Shown: positions 33,186 to 40,317 of the stretch, in pieces
Layout: every line of letters starts with the position of its first letter
Numbering within the stretch: the stretch's first letter is position 1
Assembly: GCA_036274135.1 (NCBI GenBank)
Contig: DASUGG010000213.1
Coordinates: 1 to 40,317 of the forward strand
DNA: 40,317 bases
Reading direction: 5' to 3'
Source of the DNA: Geminicoccaceae bacterium
GTDB taxonomy: Bacteria; Pseudomonadota; Alphaproteobacteria; Geminicoccales; Geminicoccaceae
Program-made: the position numbers and the translations under genes
Notes under the pieces: model-generated
Database searches by the model: none
The model's input: only the letters and a program-made list of their open reading frames with translations
What the model was told of the DNA's origin: nothing

Positions 33186-34391
33186 GTGATCGTATCTGTT
33201 CGGCCGACGGTGGCGTTCGTCAACGTCGGCCACACCTATGCCCACCTCTTCATGCTCCTGTACCCGACCGTGGTGCTGGCGCTGGAAGGCACTTGGGGGC
33301 TGGGCTATGCCGAACTCCTGCCGCTCGGCGTTGCGGGCTATTTCCTGTTCGGCATCGGCGCTCTACCGGCCGGCTGGCTCGCCGACCGCTGGAGCAGCGC
33401 GCGCCTCATGGTGCTCTTCTTCCTGGGCACCGGTAGCGCCTCGGTCCTGACCGGACTGGCGCTGGGGCCCTGGACGTTGGCGCTGGGGCTCACGCTGATC
33501 GGCCTGTTCGCCTCGATCTACCATCCCGTGGCGATCGCTTGGCTGGTCGGCGCCGACGACCGCCCTGGGCGGACCCTCGGCATCAACGGCATCTATGGTG
33601 CGGCAGGCATCTCCGGAGCGGCCCTGATCGCAGGCTTCCTGGCCGATATGATCAGTTGGCGCGCCGCCTTCATCATCCCCGGCGGCCTCTGCCTTCTCAC
33701 CGGCGCCTGGTTCACGCTGCGGCTGATCGCCGGCAAGGTCACGATGGAGCGGCGCAGCTACCGTCAGGACAAACGCAGGGCGAGCGCCGACGAGGCGCGC
33801 CGCGGGCTGTTCATGCTGCTGGGTGCGATTCTGTTCACGGGCCTTATATTCCAGATGACGTCGGTGGCCATGCCCAAGCTCTTCCAGGCGCGGCTCGGCG
33901 ACGTCATCGGCAGCGGCGCGTTGGCCGCAGGCACGCTGGTCTCCATCGTCTATGCCTTCTCCGCCCTCGGCCAGTATGTCGGCGGCCTTCTCGCCGACCG
34001 TTACGACGAGCGCTGGACCTATCCTCTCGGCTACGCCGCTCAGGTGCTCGTCCTGGCGGTGGCGCTGGTGACGCACAGTGTCTGGCTGGTCGTCGTGGTG
34101 AGCCTCGCCGTGGCCTTGCAGAACGGGACGGCCACGGTCGAGAACTGCCTGATCGCGCGCTACACGCCGGCCGCCTGGCGCGCCACGATGTACGGCATGA
34201 AGTTCGTGCTGGCGCTCGGGCTGTCGTCGGTCGGCGTGCCGCTGGTCGCGCTCATCTATGGCAGCAGCGGCTCGTTCGACGGCGTCTTCTGGGCTCTGAT
34301 CGCCTGCGCCGCAATTGTCATGGCGATCGGCATGGCGCTGCCGCGAACCGCAAGTCCGGCCGCAGGCCCTGCCATCCAGCCTGCGGAGTAG
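33186..34391 (+). CDS. MFS transporter
   Basis: About 400 aa of alternating hydrophobic segments, with GALPAGWLADRWSSARLM (MFS loop 2-3 motif-like). The start is uncertain: GTG 33186 was chosen, the track begins at 33012. Confidence 0.8.
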   Translation: MIVSVRPTVAFVNVGHTYAHLFMLLYPTVVLALEGTWGLGYAELLPLGVAGYFLFGIGALPAGWLADRWSSARLMVLFFLGTGSASVLTGLALGPWTLALGLTLIGLFASIYHPVAIAWLVGADDRPGRTLGINGIYGAAGISGAALIAGFLADMISWRAAFIIPGGLCLLTGAWFTLRLIAGKVTMERRSYRQDKRRASADEARRGLFMLLGAILFTGLIFQMTSVAMPKLFQARLGDVIGSGALAAGTLVSIVYAFSALGQYVGGLLADRYDERWTYPLGYAAQVLVLAVALVTHSVWLVVVVSLAVALQNGTATVENCLIARYTPAAWRATMYGMKFVLALGLSSVGVPLVALIYGSSGSFDGVFWALIACAAIVMAIGMALPRTASPAAGPAIQPAE

Positions 34392-34461
34392 CAGCTTGGC
34401 GCCGCCGCCGCGCCGCGCTGCGGCTCCAGAGGGCAACAGGTCCGGCAGGCGGCGGCCAGGC

Positions 34462-35628
34462 ATGGGCGCCGCGCGGCGCGGCCGCACGATCAGTGCAGCG
34501 GAGGTCGCGGCTCTGCCGGTCCGAAACGTGGCCGGCCTGATGACCGGAACGTCGATGGACGGGCTCGACGTCGCGCTGTGCCGGATCACCTCGGCGCCGC
34601 TTGCCTTCGAGTTGCTGGCGTTCGAGACCGTGCCGATGCCGGCAGACCTGCGGCAGTCGCTTGCGGCGGAGCGGCTGGCGGAGGTCGGTGCGATCGCCCG
34701 CGCCAACATGGCGCTCGGCCACTACTTCGCCGACGCCCTGGCGGATGTGCTGGCGCGCCATCCGGTCGCACTGCACCTGATCGGCAGCCACGGTCAGACA
34801 GTGTACCACGAGCATGGCGTGACCACCCTGCAGCTCGGCGAGCCCGCGCTCCTGGCGGGGCGCTTCGGCTGTCCGGTGGTGCACGATTTCCGCGCCAACG
34901 ACATCGTCGCCGGAGGGGCGGGCGCACCCCTGGTGCCTTACGTCGACTGGCGGCTCCTGGGCAGCCGCGGCGAGGCGATCCTCGCTCTCAATGTCGGCGG
35001 CATCGCCAATTTCACGGCGCTGCCCGCGGGCGGCGGCCCCGATCAGGTGCTAGGCATGGACTGCGGTCCGGGCAACATGGTCCTGGATCAGCTTGTGCAG
35101 GCCTATAGCGGCGGCACGCAGTCGATGGACATCGACGGTCGTCTTGCTTCTCGCGGCCGTCCGCTACCGCTCCTGCGGGAACTCGAGCAGCATCCTTTCT
35201 TTCACCAGCCACCGCCGAAATCGGCCGGTCGCGAGCAGTTCGGCGCGACGTTCGTCAACAGCCTGCTCGATCGCGCGCGGCCCGACGGCGAGCAGGCGTG
35301 GTGCGATCTGCTGGCCACCGCAGCGGAGCTCACCGCCTACGGCGTCGAGACCGCCTATCGTCAGCACGTGGCGGCGAAAGTGCCGGTGACGGCGGTCGTC
35401 GTGAGCGGCGGCGGTGCCCGCAATCCGGCGCTCATGAGCCGACTCGCGGAGCGCTTCGCGCCGATACCGGTGCGGCGCAGCGACGCGTACGGTCTGCCGG
35501 TCGACGCCAAGGAGGCGATCGCCTTCGCGATTCTGGCGTCCGAACGGATCGACCGGCGGCCCGGCAACATGCCGTCGGTGACCGGCGCCGCGCGCTACGC
35601 GATGCTGGGCAAGATCACCGAACTCTGA
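34462..35628 (+). CDS. anmK: Anhydro-N-acetylmuramic acid kinase
   Basis: Has AGLMTGTSMDGLDVALC (the N-terminal GxMSGTSxDGxD motif), GSHGQTVYH, DFRANDIVAGGAGAPL and VVVSGGGARNPALM. The start is ATG 34462 or a downstream GTG. Confidence 0.85.
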   Translation: MGAARRGRTISAAEVAALPVRNVAGLMTGTSMDGLDVALCRITSAPLAFELLAFETVPMPADLRQSLAAERLAEVGAIARANMALGHYFADALADVLARHPVALHLIGSHGQTVYHEHGVTTLQLGEPALLAGRFGCPVVHDFRANDIVAGGAGAPLVPYVDWRLLGSRGEAILALNVGGIANFTALPAGGGPDQVLGMDCGPGNMVLDQLVQAYSGGTQSMDIDGRLASRGRPLPLLRELEQHPFFHQPPPKSAGREQFGATFVNSLLDRARPDGEQAWCDLLATAAELTAYGVETAYRQHVAAKVPVTAVVVSGGGARNPALMSRLAERFAPIPVRRSDAYGLPVDAKEAIAFAILASERIDRRPGNMPSVTGAARYAMLGKITEL

Positions 35629-35642
35629 GCCCGTTCGCGACG

Positions 35643-36233
35643 TCAGCCTGCGTCGATCTGCTCCAGCGTGCCGAGGCGCGGGCGATGGTGGGCGCGCCGA
35701 TAGAGCGTCTGGGGCTCGACGATCAGCTCGCTCAAGAACGGCTCGAAATCGTAGAAGACCTCGGCGATGATCGCGGTCTCGCCCTCGCGCACCTCGAAGT
35801 CCGCAGACAGGTTGGCCGAACCGCCCTCCGTCCCGATCTGGCTCGTATGCGATGCGGTTCCGGCACCGGTGCGCTGCCAGGCGATAGTGGGGCCGCTGCC
35901 GTCGTCGTTGGTGACCGCCGAGACGATGACGACGCCGAGGGAAGCGAGATCGAACGGCTGCGCCACCAGGTCGGCGGCGTCGAAGATGTCCTCGAGGTCC
36001 GACTCCTTGATGGTCTCGGCACGGGCGACGAGATCCGACGTCGTCACGGCGACCCGATCGACCTTCTGATGCAGGATCACGAAGCGTGCCATCTCGGCGC
36101 TGCCGAGCATCAGCAGCATCAGCACCGGCAAGGTGAGCGCGAACTCGACCGCGACGTTGCCGGCAGCGCCGATCCGCGCGCACGCACCGCTCGACCGCAG
36201 AAGCCGAAGAACGTTGAATCGCCCGCCCTCCAT
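35643..36233 (-). CDS. TadE/TadG-like pseudopilin
   Basis: GNVAVEFALTLPVLMLLMLGSAEM is the TadE N-terminal motif. Start set at ATG 36233; the track starts at 36299. Confidence 0.7.
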   Translation of the reverse strand: MEGGRFNVLRLLRSSGACARIGAAGNVAVEFALTLPVLMLLMLGSAEMARFVILHQKVDRVAVTTSDLVARAETIKESDLEDIFDAADLVAQPFDLASLGVVIVSAVTNDDGSGPTIAWQRTGAGTASHTSQIGTEGGSANLSADFEVREGETAIIAEVFYDFEPFLSELIVEPQTLYRRAHHRPRLGTLEQIDAG

Positions 36234-36309
36234 GAGAACGGAGAGGCGGTGAGGCACAGGGTGCCACCCGGAGAGCAGAACCATCTCGAATGCTCCCATC
36301 GATCGCTGC

Positions 36310-36909
36310 TCACTCGTACGGCTCGTTGCGAACGGCGATGTTCGCCCGGAGCGTCACGTAGTCGCCGAAGAACGGCCGGAACAGCGGAATGATGATCGGC
36401 CAGTCGTAGCTCATCTCGTAGACCACCACGTCGCCCGGCCCGCCCAAGCCGGCAGCGCCCATGTCGTCGTCCCAGCTGCCGTTGCCGTTGACATCGGTGT
36501 AGGGCTCGCCTTCGTCGTAAGCGTCGTTGCCGTTCTCATCGGTGAAAGGCTCGGGCTGGCCCACGTCGTCGAAGTTATCGTAGACCAGCGTCTCCATCGC
36601 GAGCTCGTCCACGTCGATGATGCCGAAGCTGTTCTCGCTCACGATCTGAAGGATCATGCCGTCCCGGCTGATGCCGTCGGGCTGTTGCCCGGTCAGGCCG
36701 TAGCGCGAGGCCTCGCGGGCGCCGCCCTCGAGCAGGGTCTGCACGAACATGATTCCCGAGAACTCGAGGATCGAGAGCGTGATGCCCAGGAAGATCGGCG
36801 CGAGGAAGGCGAACTCGATGATCGTATTGCCGCCGTCGCCGACAATTCCCCTGCGGGCCGGGCGCGAAGCTTCGGCGGCAGGCGGTTGAGCCGGATTCAC
36901 GAAGCTCAT
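36310..36909 (-). CDS. TadE-like pseudopilin with an acidic DxNGN repeat segment
   Basis: GNTIIEFAFLAPIFLGITLSILEF is a TadE motif. The C-terminal segment is TDENGNDAYDEGEPYTDVNGNGSWDDD. Confidence 0.75.
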   Translation of the reverse strand: MSFVNPAQPPAAEASRPARRGIVGDGGNTIIEFAFLAPIFLGITLSILEFSGIMFVQTLLEGGAREASRYGLTGQQPDGISRDGMILQIVSENSFGIIDVDELAMETLVYDNFDDVGQPEPFTDENGNDAYDEGEPYTDVNGNGSWDDDMGAAGLGGPGDVVVYEMSYDWPIIIPLFRPFFGDYVTLRANIAVRNEPYE

Positions 36910-36980
36910 CGGTCTTTACCCTTCCGTAAGGTTACTCTTCCAGCATGCGGGTGCTCACTGGTTGAGTTGGAGGACTTCCG

Positions 36981-38156
36981 ATGCTCGTCATGTCTTGGAG
37001 GGGCTGGCCGACGGCGGCGGTCGCGCTCGGCGCGCTGCTTGCGCTCGCTGCCTGTGCTCCGAATTCCGCCCGCACGCCGATCCAGCCGCGCCTCAATCCG
37101 ACGCTGGCGGCGGCCGAAGGCGAGGACAGCCGCTACGGCACGCTGCTGCGGCTGGCCCGCTCGACGCGCGCCGCGGGCGATCCGGCCGCTGCGGTGAGCG
37201 CGTACCAGCAGGCGATCGCGCTGGAGCAGGGTCGGCCGGAGGCCTATCTCCTGCTCGGCGACACGCTGATCGAGCTGAAGGCCTACGACGAGGCCGCCAA
37301 GGCCTTCCAGCTCGTGCTCAAGCGCGACTCCGGGAACATCGCGGCGCACCGCGGCTATGCCCGGGTCCTCCTCGCGCTGAACCGGCCGGACACCGCGATC
37401 CTGCATTACAAAGCAGCGCTCGCCGCGGATCCCAACGACGTGCAGGCGTATAACGGGCTCGGCGTCGCCTACGACATGAACGGCCAGTACGAAGCCGCGC
37501 AGGCCGCCTACCGCGAAGGTCTCGAGGTCGCTCCCGACAGCATGCTCCTGCGCAACAATTACGGTCTGTCGCTCGCCCTCGCCGGGAAGCACGAGGAATC
37601 GCTCGAGATCCTGAGGGCCGTGGTCGACGAGCCGGGCGCCACCGCACGCAACCGGCAGAACCTCGCTCTGGCCTATGGCCTCGCCGGCAATCTCGCGGAG
37701 GCGGAGCGGATCAGCCGGATCGATCTGGACGAGCAGGCGGTCGAGAACAATGTCGCCTATTTCGCGGCGCTGGCCGCGGTCGAGGACGGGCGGCAACGCG
37801 CGGCGGCGCTCGGCGTCCAGGGTCCGCAGATGGCCGATCGCGCCAGCGATGCCGAGGCCAACCGGCGGGTCGTCGCGGTCGCCTTGGAGGGCGCGGGGGT
37901 CGAGCTCGGCGTGTCGCCGACCGGACGCTGGTTCGTCAATCTCGGCGAATTCGGCAGCAGCGCGCAGGCGGCGGCGGCATGGCGCCAGCTGCGCAGCCAG
38001 TACGGTGACGTGCTTGGTGGTCTCAGCCGTCTCGCCGGTGTACAGGAGGGACCGCAGCCGCTCCTCGCCGGGCCTCTGGCGAGCGCCGAAAAGGCCCAGT
38101 CGCTTTGCGAGACGCTGAGCGCGCGCGGCCAGCATTGTCGTGCCCTGCCACTCTAG
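36981..38156 (+). CDS. TadD-like TPR lipoprotein with a C-terminal SPOR domain
   Basis: Lipobox LLALAAC. Several TPR-like repeats are present (AYLLLGDTLIELKAYDEAAKAFQLVLKRD, AYNGLGVAYDMNGQYEAAQAAYREGLEVAP). The C-terminal WFVNLGEFGSSAQAAAAWRQL...LLAGPLASAEKAQSLCETLSARGQHC matches the SPOR pattern. Confidence 0.7.
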   Translation: MLVMSWRGWPTAAVALGALLALAACAPNSARTPIQPRLNPTLAAAEGEDSRYGTLLRLARSTRAAGDPAAAVSAYQQAIALEQGRPEAYLLLGDTLIELKAYDEAAKAFQLVLKRDSGNIAAHRGYARVLLALNRPDTAILHYKAALAADPNDVQAYNGLGVAYDMNGQYEAAQAAYREGLEVAPDSMLLRNNYGLSLALAGKHEESLEILRAVVDEPGATARNRQNLALAYGLAGNLAEAERISRIDLDEQAVENNVAYFAALAAVEDGRQRAAALGVQGPQMADRASDAEANRRVVAVALEGAGVELGVSPTGRWFVNLGEFGSSAQAAAAWRQLRSQYGDVLGGLSRLAGVQEGPQPLLAGPLASAEKAQSLCETLSARGQHCRALPL

Positions 38157-38286
38157 ACCCTATCACCCGGCGCACCGTGGCGCTGCCGCCGCTCGAGGGC
38201 GGGCGGCACCGCGCTGCGCGGTACGGGCAGGGGGCCTGGCGAGGCCGCAACAGGCCGGATCTGGCCTCTGGCGGCGGTGACGGTGA

Positions 38287-39264
38287 TCATGACAGGAGGT
38301 TGTCCATCACGCTGATGATCGCGGGCCCGATCAGCACGATGAACAGCACGGGCAGGATGAACACGATCATCGGCACGGTCAAGGTTGCGGGCAGGCGGGC
38401 CGCCTTCTCCTCGGCCCGCAGCAGGCGCTGCTCGCGAAACTCGTTGGCCAGGACGCGCAGCGACTGCGACAGCGGCGTACCGTATTTCTCGGTCTGCAAC
38501 AGGGTGTTGACGACGCCGCGAATGGCCGGAAGGTTGGTGCGGCGACCGAGATTGAGCAAAGCCTGCCGCCGCTCCGGCAGGAAGCCCAGCTCGATCGACG
38601 TGAGCTCGACCTCCTCGGCCAGTTCCGGGTTCGCGGCGCCGATCTCGTTGGCCACGCGTTCCAGGGCGACATCGAGCGCAAGGCCGGATTCGGCGCAGAT
38701 CACCAACAGATCGAGTGCGTCCGGCAGCCCTCTCGACAGCGAGAGCTGGCGCTTCGAGGTGAGATTGGAGACGTAGAGTTCTGGCGCGAAGAAGCCGAGC
38801 ACGGCGCCGCCCAGAACCGCGCACCATTGCCCCGCCGGCGAGAGCCCGCCGATGTCGAGCACGCAGACCAGGAAGAACACCGCTGCGCCCAACAGGAGCG
38901 GCGTCACGACCTTGAAGAACAGGAACACCGTCACTGCGTCGCGGGAGCGCAGCCCGGCGTGCGCCAGTCGCTCGCTCAGCTTGCTGCTCTGCTGACTGCG
39001 CACCAGCTTGAACAAGGCGACGACGCGCCGCATGGCGCTGAGGCGTTCCTGCTGGCGCCGGCTCTGACTGCGATCCTTGAGCATGCTCGTGCGCAGTTCG
39101 GCGCGCCGGTCGGCGAGCACGCGCGCCCGGCGCTCCATCGGATGCCGCTCGATCAGGGCGTACCAGACGGCAAGCACCGTCATGAACGCCACGGCCGACA
39201 TCAGCGTCAGCAGCAGACTGTCGCCGGTCAGGCCGAACGGCAGGAACTTGTCGAGCTCGTTCAT
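38287..39264 (-). CDS. tadC: Flp pilus assembly protein TadC (T2SS-F family)
   Basis: 326 aa from ATG 39264 (MNELDKFLPF...). It has multi-TM segments and a T2SSF domain (LPDALDLLVICAESGLALD...FREQRLLRAEEKAARLP). ATG overlaps the tadB stop (ATGA). The 5' extension of the track ORF to 39903 is rejected. Confidence 0.85.
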   Translation of the reverse strand: MNELDKFLPFGLTGDSLLLTLMSAVAFMTVLAVWYALIERHPMERRARVLADRRAELRTSMLKDRSQSRRQQERLSAMRRVVALFKLVRSQQSSKLSERLAHAGLRSRDAVTVFLFFKVVTPLLLGAAVFFLVCVLDIGGLSPAGQWCAVLGGAVLGFFAPELYVSNLTSKRQLSLSRGLPDALDLLVICAESGLALDVALERVANEIGAANPELAEEVELTSIELGFLPERRQALLNLGRRTNLPAIRGVVNTLLQTEKYGTPLSQSLRVLANEFREQRLLRAEEKAARLPATLTVPMIVFILPVLFIVLIGPAIISVMDNLLS

Positions 39265-40283
39265 ATGTCGAACCTGATCATCTTCGCCATGACCGCCAGG
39301 CCGATCAGCAGGCTCGTCAGCCCGACGCCGATCATCATCCAACCGCGGGGGTCGGTGAACAGGACGTTCATGTAGCCGGGATTCACGAAGGAGATGACGC
39401 CGCACATGATGAACGGCAGGGCGCCGATGATCATCGCCGAGGCCCGCGCTTCCGAGGACATGGCCTTGACCTTGAGGCGCATCTGCTCGCGGCGCCGGAC
39501 CATGTCGGAGAGCTTCTCGAGGATTTCGGCGAGATTGCCGCCGGTCTCCTGCTGGATCGACAGGCTGATCACCAGGAAGTTGAACTCGGCGATCCCGAGC
39601 CTTCGCGCCGCGGTCCACATCGCCTCGTCCAGCGCCACGCCGATCCGCATCTGATCGGTCACCTGGCGAAACTCGGGGCCGACGGGGGCGTCGATCTCGT
39701 CGCCGATCGTCTTGAGCGCCTCGGAGGCCGGCAGGCCGGAGCGGATGCCGCGCACGATCAGGTCGAGCGCCTCCGGCATCAGGCTTATGAACTTCTTTTG
39801 ACGACGGCCGATCTGTTGCTGCAGCGCGAAGTGAGGCAGGCCGATGCCGAACACCACCGCGACGAGCGCATCGATCAGCAAGGAAAGGTCGAGGACGAGC
39901 CACATGCCGAGCATGGTGACGGCGGCGAGCGCCAGGCAGATCAGCAGATAGTCGCCTACCTTGAGGGGCCAGCCGCTGCGCGCGAGGCGCTGCCGCAGAA
40001 GCCCGATATTGGGGACGAACCGCTTGATCAGCCGATCGAAGCTGGCGATCGAGCTGTCGCTGCGGTTGCGGCGGAGGCTCTCGACCGGGCCGCCGGATTG
40101 CTCGGCGCCTGCGGTGTGGGGTACGTGCAGCCGCTCGAGGCGTCGGCGCAGGCGGCGCTCTTCCTGGCCGAAAAGGGCCCCCCAGACGGCGGCGAAGATG
40201 CCGGCGCCGGCGAGGCAGACCACGAAGACCGAGGCGGCCAGCAGATTGGGATCTGCGGCGATCCGTTCGAGCAGAGGCGTCAT
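39261..40283 (-). CDS. tadB: Flp pilus assembly protein TadB (T2SS-F family)
   Basis: 340 aa with a T2SSF domain (MPEALDLIVRGIRSGLPASEAL...RREQMRLKVKAMSSEARASA) and a TM-rich profile. Confidence 0.85.
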   Translation of the reverse strand: MTPLLERIAADPNLLAASVFVVCLAGAGIFAAVWGALFGQEERRLRRRLERLHVPHTAGAEQSGGPVESLRRNRSDSSIASFDRLIKRFVPNIGLLRQRLARSGWPLKVGDYLLICLALAAVTMLGMWLVLDLSLLIDALVAVVFGIGLPHFALQQQIGRRQKKFISLMPEALDLIVRGIRSGLPASEALKTIGDEIDAPVGPEFRQVTDQMRIGVALDEAMWTAARRLGIAEFNFLVISLSIQQETGGNLAEILEKLSDMVRRREQMRLKVKAMSSEARASAMIIGALPFIMCGVISFVNPGYMNVLFTDPRGWMMIGVGLTSLLIGLAVMAKMIRFDI

Positions 40284-40317
40284 GTCATCATCGCCTGCTG
40301 GAGCGCGCGCTCGAGGC
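40280..40317 (-). CDS. 3' end of the upstream gene, probably the tadA/cpaF ATPase (only 12 codons visible)
   Basis: The reverse strand reads ...LERALQQAMMT-stop, with TGA overlapping the tadB ATG (ATGA). The identity is inferred only from the usual tadA-tadB-tadC order. Confidence 0.3.
   Translation of the reverse strand, partial: LERALQQAMMT

Noticed and set aside
33363-38135. Minus-strand ORFs 33363..34709, 35164..36267 and 36906..38135, and plus-strand ORFs 33539..34540 and 35298..36392
   Set aside because: They are shadows of the MFS, anmK, TadE-like and TadD-like genes, with no domain signatures.
39265-39903. N-terminal 212-aa extension of the tadC ORF (the track gives 38287..39903)
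   Set aside because: The extension overlaps tadB in another frame and is Arg/Pro/Asp-rich. The Met at 39264 gives a normal TadC N-terminus and an ATGA overlap with the tadB stop.
1-40317. CRISPR arrays, tRNA/rRNA genes, IS elements, transposases, integrases
   Set aside because: None were recognised on either strand. There are no regularly spaced repeats, no tRNA-like cloverleaf candidates noticed in intergenic regions, and no DDE or tyrosine/serine recombinase motifs in any ORF.

Overview
This is a high-GC chromosomal segment. It looks alphaproteobacterial, based on Tad/Cpa pilus genes, a TTAA-N7-TTAA CtrA-type box and an alphaproteobacterial-type HTH-S24 repressor. Left part (1-16.4 kb): housekeeping and accessory genes. 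These are the 5' part of a restriction R-subunit-like helicase, an acyl-CoA synthetase, a frameshifted DUF29 remnant, a DUF1232 protein, an SDR, a UdgX-type family-4 uracil-DNA glycosylase, a ChaN lipoprotein, a tyrosinase with a separately encoded PPO-C-terminal-like protein, coaBC, an Rrf2 regulator, a methyltransferase/MBL-hydrolase/methyltransferase-like trio, an M23 peptidase, a degenerate GGDEF-EAL-like protein and a sigma-54 activator. Middle part (about 16.9-33.0 kb): the most interesting region. It starts with a CI/LexA-like repressor whose catalytic Ser is replaced by Ala. It continues with a consensus sigma-70-like promoter and about 16 co-directional intact genes collinear with the late region of T7/BPP-1-like podoviruses: portal, Bbp19-like, scaffold, capsid, gp11/gp12-like tail tube, T7-type tail fibre, TerL and a lysis-like pair. 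I could recognise no integrase, replication genes, RNA polymerase, small terminase or large internal ejection proteins, and host genes lie on both sides. I read it as a prophage remnant or a domesticated phage-derived particle (GTA-like) locus. Just left of it is a candidate sRNA with two CCUCCC anti-Shine-Dalgarno motifs, a perfect CtrA box and a strong intrinsic terminator. Right part (33.2-40.3 kb): an MFS transporter, anmK and a Tad/Flp pilus locus (two TadE-like genes, a TadD-like TPR-SPOR lipoprotein, tadC, tadB and the last codons of a probable tadA/cpaF). I recognised no rRNA, tRNA, CRISPR array, IS element or integrase. Many long ORFs in the track are antisense or off-frame shadows typical of high-GC DNA. 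All family assignments come from motifs read by eye; no database search was run.
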